This document shows, piece after piece, positions 42,101 to 57,100 of a DNA stretch of 64,000 nt (its first letter is position 1; each line of letters begins with the position of its first letter). Source of the DNA: Phoronis australis (Eukaryota; Animalia; Phoronida); contig NMRA01000290.1 of assembly GCA_002633005.1 (NCBI GenBank), forward strand, positions 312,748 through 376,747. The letters are read 5' to 3'. The notes below the pieces were generated by a model. It was given only the letters and a program-made list of their open reading frames with translations, did not search any database and had not been told where the DNA came from. A program made the position numbers and the translations under genes.

Positions 42101-45100
42101 GAGCAAACCATAATCTCATAACTCTGAAAAAAGAAAGACATTCAAATTTCAATATTACACACACAATGGATTTTTTTATATAAGCAAAGATTGATTTCAA
42201 CACGATGACCAAAAACTTTTAATTATATTTTCAATTTCAAGAATACGGTAGGTCTTTTATGCATGACCTGTTTTTGGTAACTTGTTAGTTTTACGTTGAC
42301 ATTCAAGGACGAACTGATACAGAGTTCTCTACTTTTTATGGACGCAACAAGTTTCACAATAAACAGCTTATTATTTAAAATGACTTATTCTTATTAAAAT
42401 GACATAGGCAAAAAATTGAATTTCGGACCTCAAAAGCGAGGCCCCCTATATTAATATAGGAAGCCTCGCCGAAAGGAGGCCGGAGAGCGGGGCTGCCTAT
42501 ATTAATATAGGTGGCCCCGCCGAAAGGAGGCCGGAGAGCGGGGCCCCCTATATTAATATAGGGGGCCTCGCTTTTGAGGTCCGAAATTCAATTTTTTGCC
42601 TATGTCATTTTAATAAGAATAACTCATTTTAAATAATAAGCTGTTAATACAATTTTAACCAAGACGGATCAAAATATCAATCAAATAAAGTAATAGCTTC
42701 CATTTGACTACGACAAAATAAATGTATTGTAAGCACCACAAGGATATGATACCTTTGTCCATTGATGTAATGGGCTGTACCCCACTGTCTGTGACCTAGC
42801 TGAATGAGTGTCGCAACTACGACTGAGGAAAGAATGTGCCTAGGTGAGGACAGAGAACAGTGCATGTGTAACGAGACGACAATTTTAACATCTCATCAAC
42901 TGCATCAGAAGATCTCACTCAAGTTTTAGACAATTACCATAACGATATGAATGACAGAGCTCAAATTGCAAGAAAGACAATTCGTTTAAAAATCTAACAC
43001 TGTATACTTAAGTAAAGTCATCTTACTGTAATCAGACTTCAATTATTCGTTCCTTATTCAATTTTAACATGACGCCAAAAAGTACACAATGTTACAAAAG
43101 CAGCCACTCCCATGATTTGCATTTTCTATTTTTTATAATCTATAAAATTGTTTCATTGATATTCAGATAATAACTCTCTTCAGATTATTAGTATGTTATA
43201 AGGAAGCCAAACATCTGCATAACTAGTAGAATTCAACTCAGTCACTAAAAGTATACTACATTTTCCATGAAGAGAGTACAATTTAATTTTAAACTGTTTA
43301 TCAACCTGTCATTGAAGTGGTCCTGTAACCATGTCTTTACCAAAAATTAGCAAAAAGATATGAGGCACATCATGACGAAACAAAGGCAACACTGAGCTTA
43401 TTATTTTCATAGTTTAGTGATAATAACAGCCAGCTTACAAAAAAATCTCACACCAAGCACACAAATTAATATACAAAATATGCAATGAAACATTTAGAAA
43501 ATGTTGAAAAGCCTGTCATTCTTACAATATCTTGAAAGAAGGACTTCATTCGAAGGATAAAACTTATTTCAAAGAGGATAACGGATTATACGAAAAAAAT
43601 CACAACTTTTTAAAGAAATCAGCAAATATTTCCTCAAAACATTTCAGGTGGCATGTTTCAGTGTCAATTATAAATTATGAGCTGATAAGTGATATTTTGC
43701 ATGTGATGTTTTCCACTCTCTTTAATACTTTTGAAGCATTGAAAATAGTCGAGAGTTTCCAATGTTGCTATGAAAAAACAACTAAGAAGCCATCTCTTGT
43801 TTAACTCAAATAATGATAACCTCGGCAAGATAGGAGTGTTTTATCAATATTTTTGCAAAAACAAATCGTGTGAAAATAGAACAAATTACCAATTTTGAAT
43901 ATTTAAATACCACATCTAGCCCTGTTACTTGGCACAGACGATTTTTTATAGCTCCTTCCTTGAATGCTACAGCACCCTCTCTAATTCTGTGTCACTTAAT
44001 ATCCAAAATGCTACCCATCTGTAGGGCAATAAACCCGCTGTTGAACGCTGTTTCCACTTTAATCACAACTTTACTTTAAAATTAGTCTGCCATTTGTCAT
44101 TCTAATGACATTGAATTTTTTAATCGCAATCTATTTTGGCTGGGTTATGCTACCAGCTATGTTTCAGTGTAAACCAACAGGTAAGTGGTCGAAATGAGTA
44201 CGCTTGGTGTATTGAGAGGAAAGTAGTACAGGGATATAAATAGAAAATTGTGTAACAGAAAAATTATTCCTACAACTTCATTTAAGTAAAATTTTACACT
44301 GTGACACAGATGGTTACAATGCAGGTATAAACAAACTTGAAAAGATGAGGGAGACAGTGATAAGTTGTTCTTTTGTTCAAGTCGGCACAGAAGTGTGTTA
44401 GAGGCCCTCGATTTCGAAACCTAGGTCAACCCTTCAATGCATTTTCTACCTCCACAATGAGGATGCATAAATTGAATGTAATTGACCAAGTACCCGTCAA
44501 TCCAAGGCAGGGTCCATTGTCATACAAGTGAACTATTTTATAATATTCACAAGTCCACAACAATTCATGACAAACTAATTACAACTAATAAAACCAAAGT
44601 CATCTGAACAGAAGAACCAACACGAATACCTTCTCGACAGCGTCCTTTGCTGACTTCCAACCCTGAGTCAGACTTTGACGAAAACTCTCTAAATCTATAT
44701 GCTACGAAGAAACAACAAAATAAAGATGTTTTACATCATCCTTTAAGAATTGGCTGGAACATAACGGTTGAGTACCCAGGCCTCCTAAGTTACACAAAAA
44801 CTCATTTTGGTCTGCGTGCCTTGAGACAAGGAGCCCATTAGTAAAGGATAGTTAGCTCCTCCTATTAGTCACTGCAGGAACTAAATATATCAGTGAAGAA
44901 GAAACACATCATCTTGTCTGTATGTATAAACTTTCAGCAAAATTCCAACAATGATATTCTCCATCATACAAAGTACTGCAAGACTCAATAAGTGTGAATG
45001 TAATTCATTAACTGTTAACTGGAAGATCTGCATCCATGTTCTTGTATTGTAACTGTTAAATGCACTTTGCTAAAACTGGAGTACATGGAAAAACAAAATA

Positions 45101-48100
45101 GCAGACTTTCAGAAGGCGATCACGTGAAAAGTGACTCTAATTGTCACCTGTACCAAGACGTACTTATTCTTCACAGCAGGGAACACAGGGAAACATTTTG
45201 ACTTCATGAACAGACAAGTCTGTAGTGTATGTGTTTAAATGTGATACGTTTCAAACAAAAATTAAAATTTCTTCTTCGTCCTCTAAAGGTCACTAGTATC
45301 CAGCACCACATAATCAGTCCCAATGTAACTACTTGAAAGTCTCCCATTCAACCAATAGAACCAGTGTCTACAAGATTGTGCGTTTCGTAGTGATTTGCCA
45401 TACACTGATGATATTGTTAAAATTGTCACTAATCTGTTGTTTAACATCTGCCTACCTTGGAACAAGTAAAACTCAACAAGACATAGAGTTGCTCTATCAA
45501 AGCTATTTTAGACTGAAACTGAACTAATTCTAAAGAATTTTCTCACATGAATGTTCTTGTTGAGAATTTTGACAACAAAATTCCACTTATCCCAGCCACT
45601 ACATTCTGAGGATGGGTGAAGAATTACCATGACGACAGAGCAAAAAGCTGAATAACTTAATGTTATGTGGATTGCAAACCTGCAAATATAGCCTTGGGAT
45701 GAAAGCTGTGCTGAAAGAGAAAGATTCATGTCATCTCGGATGTAAAGGGTTACGACCCCAAGACTATACAGTCTTTTGAGTTACTCAGAACTCAAGGGGA
45801 CTAAAGCTAGGCTAATGCATGCTTCCTCTGAAAATAAAATCTAATAAATAGTGATTAAATCGGGGATCATTTCAGCGCCACGGGAAAGCAACCCGCATCC
45901 CAGCAAGCAACACCTGTCTATAGTGACTAGCTCGACTAGATGCAAAACCAACTTGGCAGCAACGCGCACATGACAATCTCAGGGTATAGGATAGACAACA
46001 TAACAATGACATTCAAACTAATCACTCATGGTCTGGCATATTGGGAGCACTACCACTAGATAGCGTGGAACGAGACAAGATGCATGTGAGTGACATAATG
46101 CATGTGATCGGCGGGGGGTGCACGCTTACTCACGTCTGACGGTGTACCCCTTAACTCATCTGAGTTTGGTACAGGGGTGTCACTTTGAATAACAATCTAC
46201 AAGAGAACGTCAAGGTAGAAATCAGTACGTACTTGAAGTCCATCTAAATCAACAGATCATCGTGAAATTTTAACTTTCTTGGATCATATAGCACCATATT
46301 CATCATGGCCAATGCCCGGGTACTTATAATTTCACAAACCATCAGGGCCCAGTTGCATAAAAGTTATACACCGTAATAGCAACAATGACATTGCATTATC
46401 ACGAGGCACGTTGTCATTGTTGAACAATGCACCTGACATCATCCAACAACCAAACTAATACCCAGCGGATAACTTTTGAAGCTTTATGCAACTCAGCCCA
46501 GGTCTGGACTGTAAGCATTAAGCTAAGCATTTATATACCGGTAATACAAGCCAAAAGTATTCAGACAAAATGTCCCAAAATTCCTTGCCATGACTACTAG
46601 GCAGAAGCTGCATTTATCATCACCAACTCTTCCCTCATGTCTGAGAATGAAGAGGAATGTGCAGACAAGTTAGCAAGGTGTAAGTCATTCTGTGATTAGA
46701 ATACCGTTGCCCTGACAGTTATTACCAGTAAGTTTTGCTTATGACAAAATTAGCCATCATGACTAGAAAATGGTATATTGTCTGATTGTTAATTTGTCTT
46801 GTACTATATTTAAAAACAAAAAAAAGTCTTCAACGCTGGGTTGTGCGTCTTCTTGAAGGAACTAGATGTCCCCATCTTAAAAATTTGGGACAGGTGTATC
46901 ACCCAGCATGGGTGTTTGAAAGTGAAAGTTCGGAAATCGAGGAGGGCATTTAGTGCACCATGGACATTAACCAGGACAAATACGGCACTATCAAAAACCC
47001 AGTGATACGGTCAAGCCTTAGTTGGCTGTAAAACAAATGTAAATTAAGTATTAAGAATATTAGTAAAAATGTACAATCACAGTTAGTCAGTTGATCTGTA
47101 TATTTGCTCACCAGCTCAGACTGGTGGGAACTAGGAGCAATGATTATGTTTGGATTGGCCTGAGTATTCAGTATCACTGATATTTGAGCATCACAACACA
47201 CTATGTTTGGATTGGACTGAGTATTCAGTATCACTGATATTTGGGCATCACAACACACTATGTTTGGATTGGCCTGAGTATTCAGTATCACTGATATTTG
47301 GGCATCACAACACACTATTCAGATCATAAAGTTTTCTAGCAAAAAAAGCAAATTCACCAAGTTGGGTAAATACAGAATTTAAAACTTTGGAAATGTTATT
47401 CAATAGTCAGTAGAGGAAATAAATACAAAGCAAAAGTAATATAAAACACAATTTTTTGGTATCACGACAGATACCATGCAGTGTTAAAATAATAACGGAA
47501 GTTCATGAAAATAACATACAGTGCATGCCGAGTGAATATTAACACCTACCACCAACAGAGATGTCAGTGGCAGAGTCAGTGAGGACAGGAGATGCAAACA
47601 GACAGTGGTCATGTTTCGATAAGAAAATAGAATGATACCGTTCAGGAGAAGAGCAAATTTATAGCATGCGTTATTAATATCCAGCAAACCCAGAAACGGT
47701 TTAGCTGATTTAGTATGCTTATCAAGCACTTCTGACCCCTAATGCATGCAGTAAGGATACTTACAATGGAGTCTGGTCTCGCGGGAGGCATCTAAAATCG
47801 GTTAGCACATGGTCACATGAATCGTGGAAAACAACCACTTAATACAATGAAGAAAAAAATAAATGTCTGTCGCGTTAGCAGTTGAGATTATTGGACTCCA
47901 ATGCTCAACATTTTTAGGAAACGTGATTGTTAAAAAATCACTACTAGTAACGCGCTCGCATGGTCTAGTCATCCACAAGCATGCGAGGACTTCAAAGACT
48001 TGCATGATCCTCTACCATTGTTTGATTGATTCATGAATACATCACAATGGCAGATCCAGGATGCTGCAAGAGGGGCAACCATAGCGTTTGAATGAAAGCG

Positions 48101-51100
48101 GTGTCCTCTTAAGCGCCCCCAAAAAAATGCCAGTGACATTTTTTTGGTTGATCCTGTTGAGGTCACGGGTTAACCCCTCACCTTCCTTAAATTCGCCTTC
48201 GTATCAATGGACAGGTACAAACAGTGACCCTAACTCAAATTAAGTCCGCCATCATAAACCTCAATGACTTGAGGTTGAAGCATAAACTACATTCCTAAAC
48301 CAAACCAATCACACTTCTTCTTGGCCAACATTTTGGTGTTGTCCCGAACATTTTCCAGGAAAAGTGTCTAAAGAAAACTGCACCAGAGCAGTAGTGAAAA
48401 AATGACCTAACGAAAATGTCAAACAAAGTAGTCAATGGATAATTATCATTCGATAATTATAGGACAAACTGTAAGCAACAAGTTGGGCAGACTTGATATG
48501 CACTCACCTCAATTGGTGTCAGGGGGCGCTGCATGGCTTCTTCCATCTTTGACATGAACTTAGACTCCTTGGGTGCCATTGGTTTGTCAGGCTCCTCATC
48601 ATCACTGAGAACCAAAGTCCTGTCTTCAAAGTCAATTTCGCTTGACTCACGGATTGACAAGGTTTTCTATAAAATGGCAAATGATGTGTAATATTTTTCA
48701 ACAATTTATTTTTTTACGCAATAGTGCATTGCTCAACTAGTATACCTATAAAAATACAACAAAAATAACTGCAAAAATTTTCCCATAAACAAGAAAACTT
48801 AAAATAAACACATCTGGTATTCATTAGCGATCAAACAGTATGTTTTTTTCAATCTTTAAAATAACAAATAGGCAAAAAAAACACTGGAAACTTGTGAGAT
48901 GTTAAATGCAAAATGAATTTTTTGATGATTTTTTCTATTTTCACAGGCCTTCATAATATCCAGTTTTGTTACATAGTTAAGTAACAAGTAATGTGAATAC
49001 GACACATCCAAATGTTTATAAGGCATCTGTTCTAACTTCTTGGGTACTTACAATTGAAAAATATGCCGAGAGTTGGTAAGATGACTTCCAATTTGTGACT
49101 TGAATTTTGAAACAGCAAGTTTCAAATTTTGAATCACAAATACAAAGTTCAAATGATTTCTATAGCCCAATACAGGAGAGCAAGGAAAATAAACAGATAG
49201 AAATGCCATTTCCCACCACATAAAGAATGTAAATGAAGTAACCATAGGCTGATCCAGGACTTAAAGAGACGTGGTCAAAATACATCATTTTGCAGAAGGT
49301 GACAGCTGAACACATCACTGAGAATTCTTCAACTGTATTATAAGAGTGAATAATAAACAGAATGCAGAAATTATTATTTTTCACGTTTCAACTGAATCAC
49401 AAATTAAAACATTATCATGAACACTGTCCAATTAAAACAGAAAAACAACAGACAAATTCACAATCATTTTAATGTTAAAACGCAACTTGGACAAAAAATC
49501 CATGCATTTTGACATGTGTCTTGTTCTTCCATTTTTGATGCAGTTTTTGACTAAAATTATGCGATTCAATTGAAACATCGACTATGTTTTATCATCCATC
49601 CATGTAACATTTTTTACAAGTCCAGTTGGTACGTAACTACTGCTGCTAAATGGAGGGTGGAATTTTCAAACGCCCAAACAACCCCTGGAGCCACCTATGG
49701 GGACAAAGGACAGACACAGTTGAGAATAATACACAACCATATACCAATTATAGATAAAACGTAAATTTCCACAAGAACCCAACAGTTACAGAGATGCAAC
49801 CAGTGCCTGGAGTCTAATCTCTGAACTCGAAGTCGAACTTAAAATTAGTTTGACATTTCCTCTGCATAAGTGCAAAGTCAAGATAACTGTCTACTATCAT
49901 ATGATTGAGTGCGCAAGTGAATTGTGGTTTACTCGGACCTGGCATTCTTGGTGAATTTGAACCCAACGAGATAGAAATCACGGTGCCAGTTACTTTGATC
50001 TCACGCATGCCTCAACCTCTCTCAGTTTTCTACAGTGAAAGTGGAGACAGCATCACACTGAGCATGGAATTCCTCGAGATTTCGACTTGAGTCTCAAACT
50101 TATGGATTTAATGGGGAGTCAATTGACAAGTAAAATTCGACATTTATCCAGGTAAACCAAAATGTACCAAAACACACTTATCATGAGTTCATAATGATAA
50201 CTACAACAGAAAATATAAAAAGTAATGTGGAGATTGAGTTATGAGACCAGATTGTGGACACAGGTCACAAGTTTCTGAACTGTTCTCATCAAGAAAAGTA
50301 AACAGATATATGGCAGACAGGCATGGTGCTCCAAGTAATATACAAACCATGATGAAGTACAAGAAAAAGAAAATTTCACGAGTGCGAATACTCACACCCA
50401 TGGTACAAAGCGATGCACCAGAGGTTCCCTATGGTACACTGGGATCATTTTAGAAAAACATGGGAATGGGTGAATTGACCCACAAGGCGTCAAGTCTGTG
50501 GGCGAATTTGAGTGACCTGTATGCAATGTTTGTTTTTTGTCCTTTGCTTCCAATTCTAACAGGCCAGTTGGTCTGAGTTGAACAATAACTGTGTAACAAT
50601 GAAATTACTTTTGCATCAACAATGCTAGAAGAACTCCTAAAATTATCCTTGGGTAACCATGAGTGCACATGAGAAATGAGTTTTTTTCGCAGATTTTGGT
50701 ATGGAAATGGGTCATTTTTTGGGTCAGGATTTGAAATGGGTGTATATTTCAAGGGTTTTGGTTTGGATATGGAAGCTTTTTTCACAATTTGTAGGTATTG
50801 AAATGGGTTGACTTTTTGCACATTTGAAGCAACTTTTTTGCTCTACACAAGAAAATGTGGTGTGGTGGCCTTTTCAAATTACAAAAACCCTGAGATTCTG
50901 TTTATGGGCATTTCAAATGTTCAGGCCTGCACCCCTTTACAAGCTTAGGTGAGATATTCCAGAGGACGAAATGTTGGAAATGAAAATGTGCAAAACATTA
51001 ATATGGTGGCATTAAAGAGAATAAAGCTGTACAAATTTAACTAAGTGTAAATAATAGAATGGTATTCTCTGACTCTCCAAACCAAAAAGATTAGCAAATA

Positions 51101-54100
51101 ATTACATCTTTCATCAATGAGCTCATTAAATGCACGACAGTGTTCTGGATTGATGACTTTCATACATACTTACTCACTCACTCAAACTCATTGCATACTT
51201 GTTGATCCCCCCAGGGCAACAATAAACAAGATTGCCAGCAAAGTTTGAGCGAGAATGTATGAAAATCATCAACCAACAGAACAGCCGTGTGTTTATTAAA
51301 TTCTGTCTCCAACAGGGGCAGCTGCCAAATTATTTGCATCTTTCATCACTGTGAAGACAGAATAATATGGATGTGAAACTAAAGATTAAGGTGGCATGTA
51401 AGGATTGAAGTGAATGGCTATGGAAAACGTAAAAGCGCTTCATCTTCTGCAGAAGCATTGGTAACAATTTCACCACACACCACAGAGCAAGTGACTGCTT
51501 AATCAAGGCATTCACTTGTGGAAGAAGACTGGACAGCATTCTGCATGTGACAGTTATAGTATTGCAGACAGGAAACTGGCCAAGATCAACTCTTACATAA
51601 CAACTGGGGAATCTGAACATGACAGTCGGAGACTATAATTCCATTGGGTATTGTTACAAAAACAAGCTAATTAGGTGATTGGGTGATGAAAGTGTTGATC
51701 ATTTCACTGAAACGACAAGAGAAGCTACAATAACACCTAACAAAGTAATTTTTGAGTGTTAACATTTTCATTCAAGCTTTGCATCTAAAAACTGAAATAA
51801 CCATGAAGGCAAGGTGCTAATGAAGACCAAGCGCTGGCAACAGCATCGCTCATTTTATAAGGTTCCAGTAGAAAAGTATGGCATGCAGTTACTACAGAGG
51901 GGGTGGATGCAGGGTCAGGGTTTGTGCAGACATTGGCTACCAACAGGAAATACCTACCTCGGCAAAGGTCATTGGTGTTCCCTGGGAAATATTCACAATT
52001 TTATTAATCGGCACTGTTTACGGAAGTGCAGAGGAAAATTCCTCTTAATTTGTAGTTGAAATGCTGCACAGCTTCACATCAGAGGAAGAAGTGCATACAG
52101 CATGTGAGTATAAGATACAGCCAACCTTTATTCATGAAAGAAAGTGTTCCCAGCTTTGAGTGAGTTTAGTGACCTCTAAAAGGAGTTTGACAACATGGAG
52201 ATCAGAATAAAATTAAACAAAACAAACTGAACACTTAAATCTTGACAATACCTTCTTACAATTTAAATGTTGTTGTTTGTACAATAAGCAGATGGCCTTT
52301 ATTACAGAAATAAAATAGATTTGATAAATACTTACCTTTTGGTGAAACCATATGACTTTTAAGCTGACACGACAGACACAACACACAGTGATATCAGAGA
52401 AGCAAGTGAAATTACTGATGGCTAACAGGTACTGGCTTCAAGCCAGACATCTCCTCAACAATTCATTCAAATTAGAGCTTGCAATTTTGCGCACGTTAAG
52501 AAATTTGCACGACTTGCAATTCACAGTATGTCATAAGTCAAAATGCTGATCTCCAAGGTTTCTAAGATGACTAACAAACTTAAAACAGTCAAGTTTTGTT
52601 ATTCAAGCAAAGTAAGCATATCTGATAGTTGTACACAGCCATGCAGTAATCCCACTTGTCTCTCAATATAATATCACAATAGAGTATGAAACATTAAAAA
52701 CAAAGCATACCGACAGTGATACTTGCTCTTGCTGTATTGGCGGCAGGACACAGTACAAGCGACTGGTGGAACCTGACGGAGCATTCGCAGCGAAGGTCTG
52801 CGGATTCACCACGTAATTTTGTAATACGCATACTAACAAAGTCACAGACATATTGAAAACTATATTCAAATAGCACCTCATTCAGCTTTGTGTTGTCACC
52901 CATCAGAAGGTGCATAAATATAGTAAACTGTTTTCAAGACATCAGTCTGTAATTCCTCTAGTCATCAAATGAATACAAGCATAATGTACGATACCCAAAA
53001 AGTCTTGCTTATATTGGCCCACAGTAAAACACTATAGTATCTAAATTAAATAATGATTAATCCTCATTATATGACTCAATTCATCAGTTGTCCTGCTGCT
53101 GTTTTTCAAATACATTGTGTAGTGCTTGTTGGCTTGAAAACATTCCATGACAGCACAAATAATGTTTGGATGGGTAAGCTTATTTCATAATTTGCGTTTA
53201 AGGTGGTGAGATTTGACTTCAGTCTGATCAGATGCTTAAAGAATCTTTTGCGTAGAAGACTTAAAGATCTACCACGGTGTGTACAATTTATGCAATGCAT
53301 TTTGAGGCTCATTTTCAATTTCAAACTTTGTTATGGTGGTTACAGTGGATCCATGCTTTCACAACTGGTGCCCTCTAGTGACAAGTGTTGTATTCCATCA
53401 TATTGTTTACACGTTATCTGTGATGTCCCCGATGTTCCCAAGGCGACAACCATCCCACAATGCAATTGAAAAATGTCAACAGAGCCACAAATGAAATCAT
53501 CAAAATTGATCTTCCAGACTACACTAACTGTAAGTAATTTTGGTAACTGACATATTATAATAATAATTACTAGAAATCCTCATAAATAGTAAAGTGCACT
53601 AACTATGGCATTGCTAGACATCAGAGTACTAGACATCTACAAGAACATACTAGTACCAATTAGTTGATTATCCAATGACATTATGCAACAAATTTACTGT
53701 CGGTCTGAAAACACTATACAAGTCTACCCGACCAAGCCATAACAAAACAGACTAAAGTTCATGAATGCTTTAACTGAACAAAGGCAACTGCTCTAAAGGA
53801 ATGCACTCTCCATCATAATGACCTATACCGGTAAATTATATTTTAGATAACCCAGCCCTAATCTCAAATGCTAAAGCCTTGGAAATAGTCAATCTACATT
53901 TCTGAACTAGTCTAACACTTACTTAAACAACAATGATAAACTGCGACAGAAAAGCCAAAAAATAAACTGAACTACATATTACTGTCATTGACATGACTTA
54001 TCTTTGTGGTAACTAATTGGTATTGCATTAAATAAAAACAGTAAAAACCAAATTAAGCTACATACTACTGGCAAAGATCTGACTCGTCTCTGTGGCAACT

Positions 54101-57100
54101 GCAATTAATAATGCATTAACTACAAATAGTAAAAGCTAAACTAAGTTACATACTACAGGCTCTGATATGACCTGTCTTTGTAGCAACTGTAATTAGTATT
54201 GCATAAACTATAAATAGTAAATAAAACTTTCCTTACTACTGCATATTAACGTGACACTATCGGCGAGAAAAATCTAAATGTTTTTCTGATATCAGCCCAA
54301 GCGTGGAATTTATTTTATTATAAAAGTGTGGGATTGAACCAGGAACCTTTGTGGTCGCAGTGTGCTGGCAGAGCTAAATCTCACTCAATAAATTGCTGAG
54401 TATTTTAAGCATATTTGACCAAGTCATCAACCTTAATAAGTCTGGCAGACAACAGTGAGAATACAAGATTTGTAATACCGGTAACAGCCCAAAAACACAA
54501 CAGATGTTACTGTTTTATAGCTCTGGCAACTTTAGAAGTCAATTCAACAATCCCATGAGTGAGTTATTTGCTGTAAAATAATAATGTCCCTCCTAACTTC
54601 CCATATTTGACAATACTCTTGAAATGAAGCACAATTATTTCAACTCAGCACAGAGTAAAACGGAAAGAACGTGACAAACTGCAAATAACAACACTTAACG
54701 ACGAGAATTCTACTGTTTCCTGTTCAAAGTGAAGTCGTAATTAAACACATGCAGATTATTTTGTGAGCTTAAACACGGTTTCGGAAATACATACTGAATG
54801 GTTCTGTGAAGGTTTAGTAAATTCCGACTGAGCAATTGAGGGAAGTCGCAACTTTGGTCCGTAGCACTCAGACTTCTCCAACTATGAGTAAAAGGTCACC
54901 ATGTATATTGTTCATATCATTATCATAACTTTTAAATTATTACAAACCACAAGGACAAGTAAGCATCCATATTTCTACAGCATCTTTACATAACGGCATA
55001 AACATTTCAAACCATAAAACTGACACAACTATCTGTAATGTTAATAACATGTATGTCAGACAGAATATCCCCAAACACAATAGATGTCACACTAGATTCA
55101 AACCAACAATTTCAGACAAAAATAACTGCCAGAATATTTCACTTTCTTCACTTTTCAGGGCTTCCAACATGCCTACAATTTTTCGGAATATAGTCCCATG
55201 GATATCACAGTATAGATCTTAAAAACTTGCAAAAAAGTTAGAAACTAAGCTTTCATCCGTACTCTATACTATGCCTTAAACTAATGACTTCTTATTTGAA
55301 ACCACGTGTACCACAAAACTACGATGTAGTCAGACTATACCACAGGTAAATGGCATAACTTACTATGTTATACTTCAGCAGTAGTGACATGGTGCGAGAT
55401 TTTTCACGGCGTCTCTCGGTGTGACGCTGAAGACTAGGCGGAAGGTCGTCGCCGCTGTCAGACCAAGATGAGAATACTAGCGAGGTATAGTCTGGTAACT
55501 GAGAGGTGGTTAATGGAGAAATGAGTAATCAGACAAAGTGCAAAGAGAAGGCATTTGAGTTACAGCGCAGCAGAACAGTTCCAAGAAGCCATCGGAGCAT
55601 GTACTTAAATTCCTCACTTATTTCATACAAAATAATAGCCAAAATTGTCATTTTCTAGTTTTCAAGGAATGACTATTTCACCACAAATACGGAATCACAA
55701 AACTTGCACAAAAGATTTTTTTGTTGCGAGGCAACTCAACACAAGTCTCGCTTAGAATGAAGAAAAAAGAATTCTTCATGCTTTGTTTCACTTTCCCCAT
55801 GTTGCCAGAGATGGTTTCTTGCTGAATGCATGTGAAAAACATTGAACAGGTAAGAGGACAGCACAACTCATGGACATGAAAGAATAGCACAACACACAAT
55901 CACGAACAGTCAGACTACATGGCAGAACACAGGACACCTCAAAATACCAAATCTGTTAGTCACACCACAAAATAGTAAATCTTCAGGTAGTTGCCTCCAA
56001 ATTCAAACTATGGGCAGCTCATATACACTGTAGACCCGATTATTCTAAGACCCAAGTAGGTTATGGAAAGGTCCAACAACTTATTTGGCATTGTACATCC
56101 AATAATGTTACACTTTTCAACACAAATAGGGAACACTTGGCCAAAAATGTTTCGAATTAGACAAATCTTTGGATTAACACCAGACAACTTGTGAGAAAAT
56201 TCTGGAGAGGCCTTTCTATGTGACTTGCCTTGGCCTTGAGCCTTCCACACACTCAGGTAGTGGACTAGAAAAGGCAGCAGAACACACACTTCAATGTTTT
56301 AGAAATTGTTCCAAACAACAGTGTATGAGAACCACTTGAGTAAGCTTATCAAACTGATGAAATATTATACAAAACCAAAAAACTACACTTTATTAGGAAG
56401 TCGGTAAAATATTTTTCTCTGGCCTTACTCTCCAAGATTGGGAGCTACGTCGATAAAACATTTCATTATTTCCACCTTCTAGCAGTTGGACAGCATAAAT
56501 TTGCATGGCAAACAAATTTGATTTTACCATGATTGAAAAACTAATTCTTTAGTCAAATTGCAAATATTTTATTAAGAGTCATTGCTTATTTGTGACTGTT
56601 GGTCGCGTGACCTTTATCTCTTATTTTATGGTGACAAAAATGTTCTGCCATGAGAAACTCACCTCAATACTAATTCCGATTTTTATCCTCAGTTTCCTTT
56701 TCCTGTTAAAAACTGAAATCTACTTGATGCTAAATCCATACCTTTGAGTTGCGTTTGGCTAACTCTGCCAACTGTTCATCAGTCAGCCCGGGGGGTTTGT
56801 ACTCTTCCTCTCTTCGCAGCTCGGGGGGTTTCTCATAGTACTCCGGCCACAGAAGGCGGATGAGCACTGAGTTGGGTATGAAACCGTGAGTGTTCACCCG
56901 AGGAAACGCCGGCTCCAGAGGTGAGTCTGTCCCCGGGGACCAGGTCTCATGACGTCTCCGTCTAGCCTGAGCGGGGCCAGGGAAGAAGCCCGTTGGTTCT
57001 CGCTCAGGTACATAGGGTTCAACCACTAAAATACCAGGAATCCAGTAAAAGTTATGTAGGACCAGCGAAAAATGTGCAAATTTGGCCAACATCGGAACAT

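Noticed and set aside
41550-42799. Further candidate exons 42799/42795-42753 and 41567-41550
   Set aside because: Splice sites are plausible, but I could not find a chain returning to phase 0, so they are left uncalled.
46950-47315. 121-aa ORF with a repeated CCDAQISVILNTQANPNIV unit
   Set aside because: It is the translation of a 57-bp minisatellite whose length is a multiple of 3; no splice or homology support.
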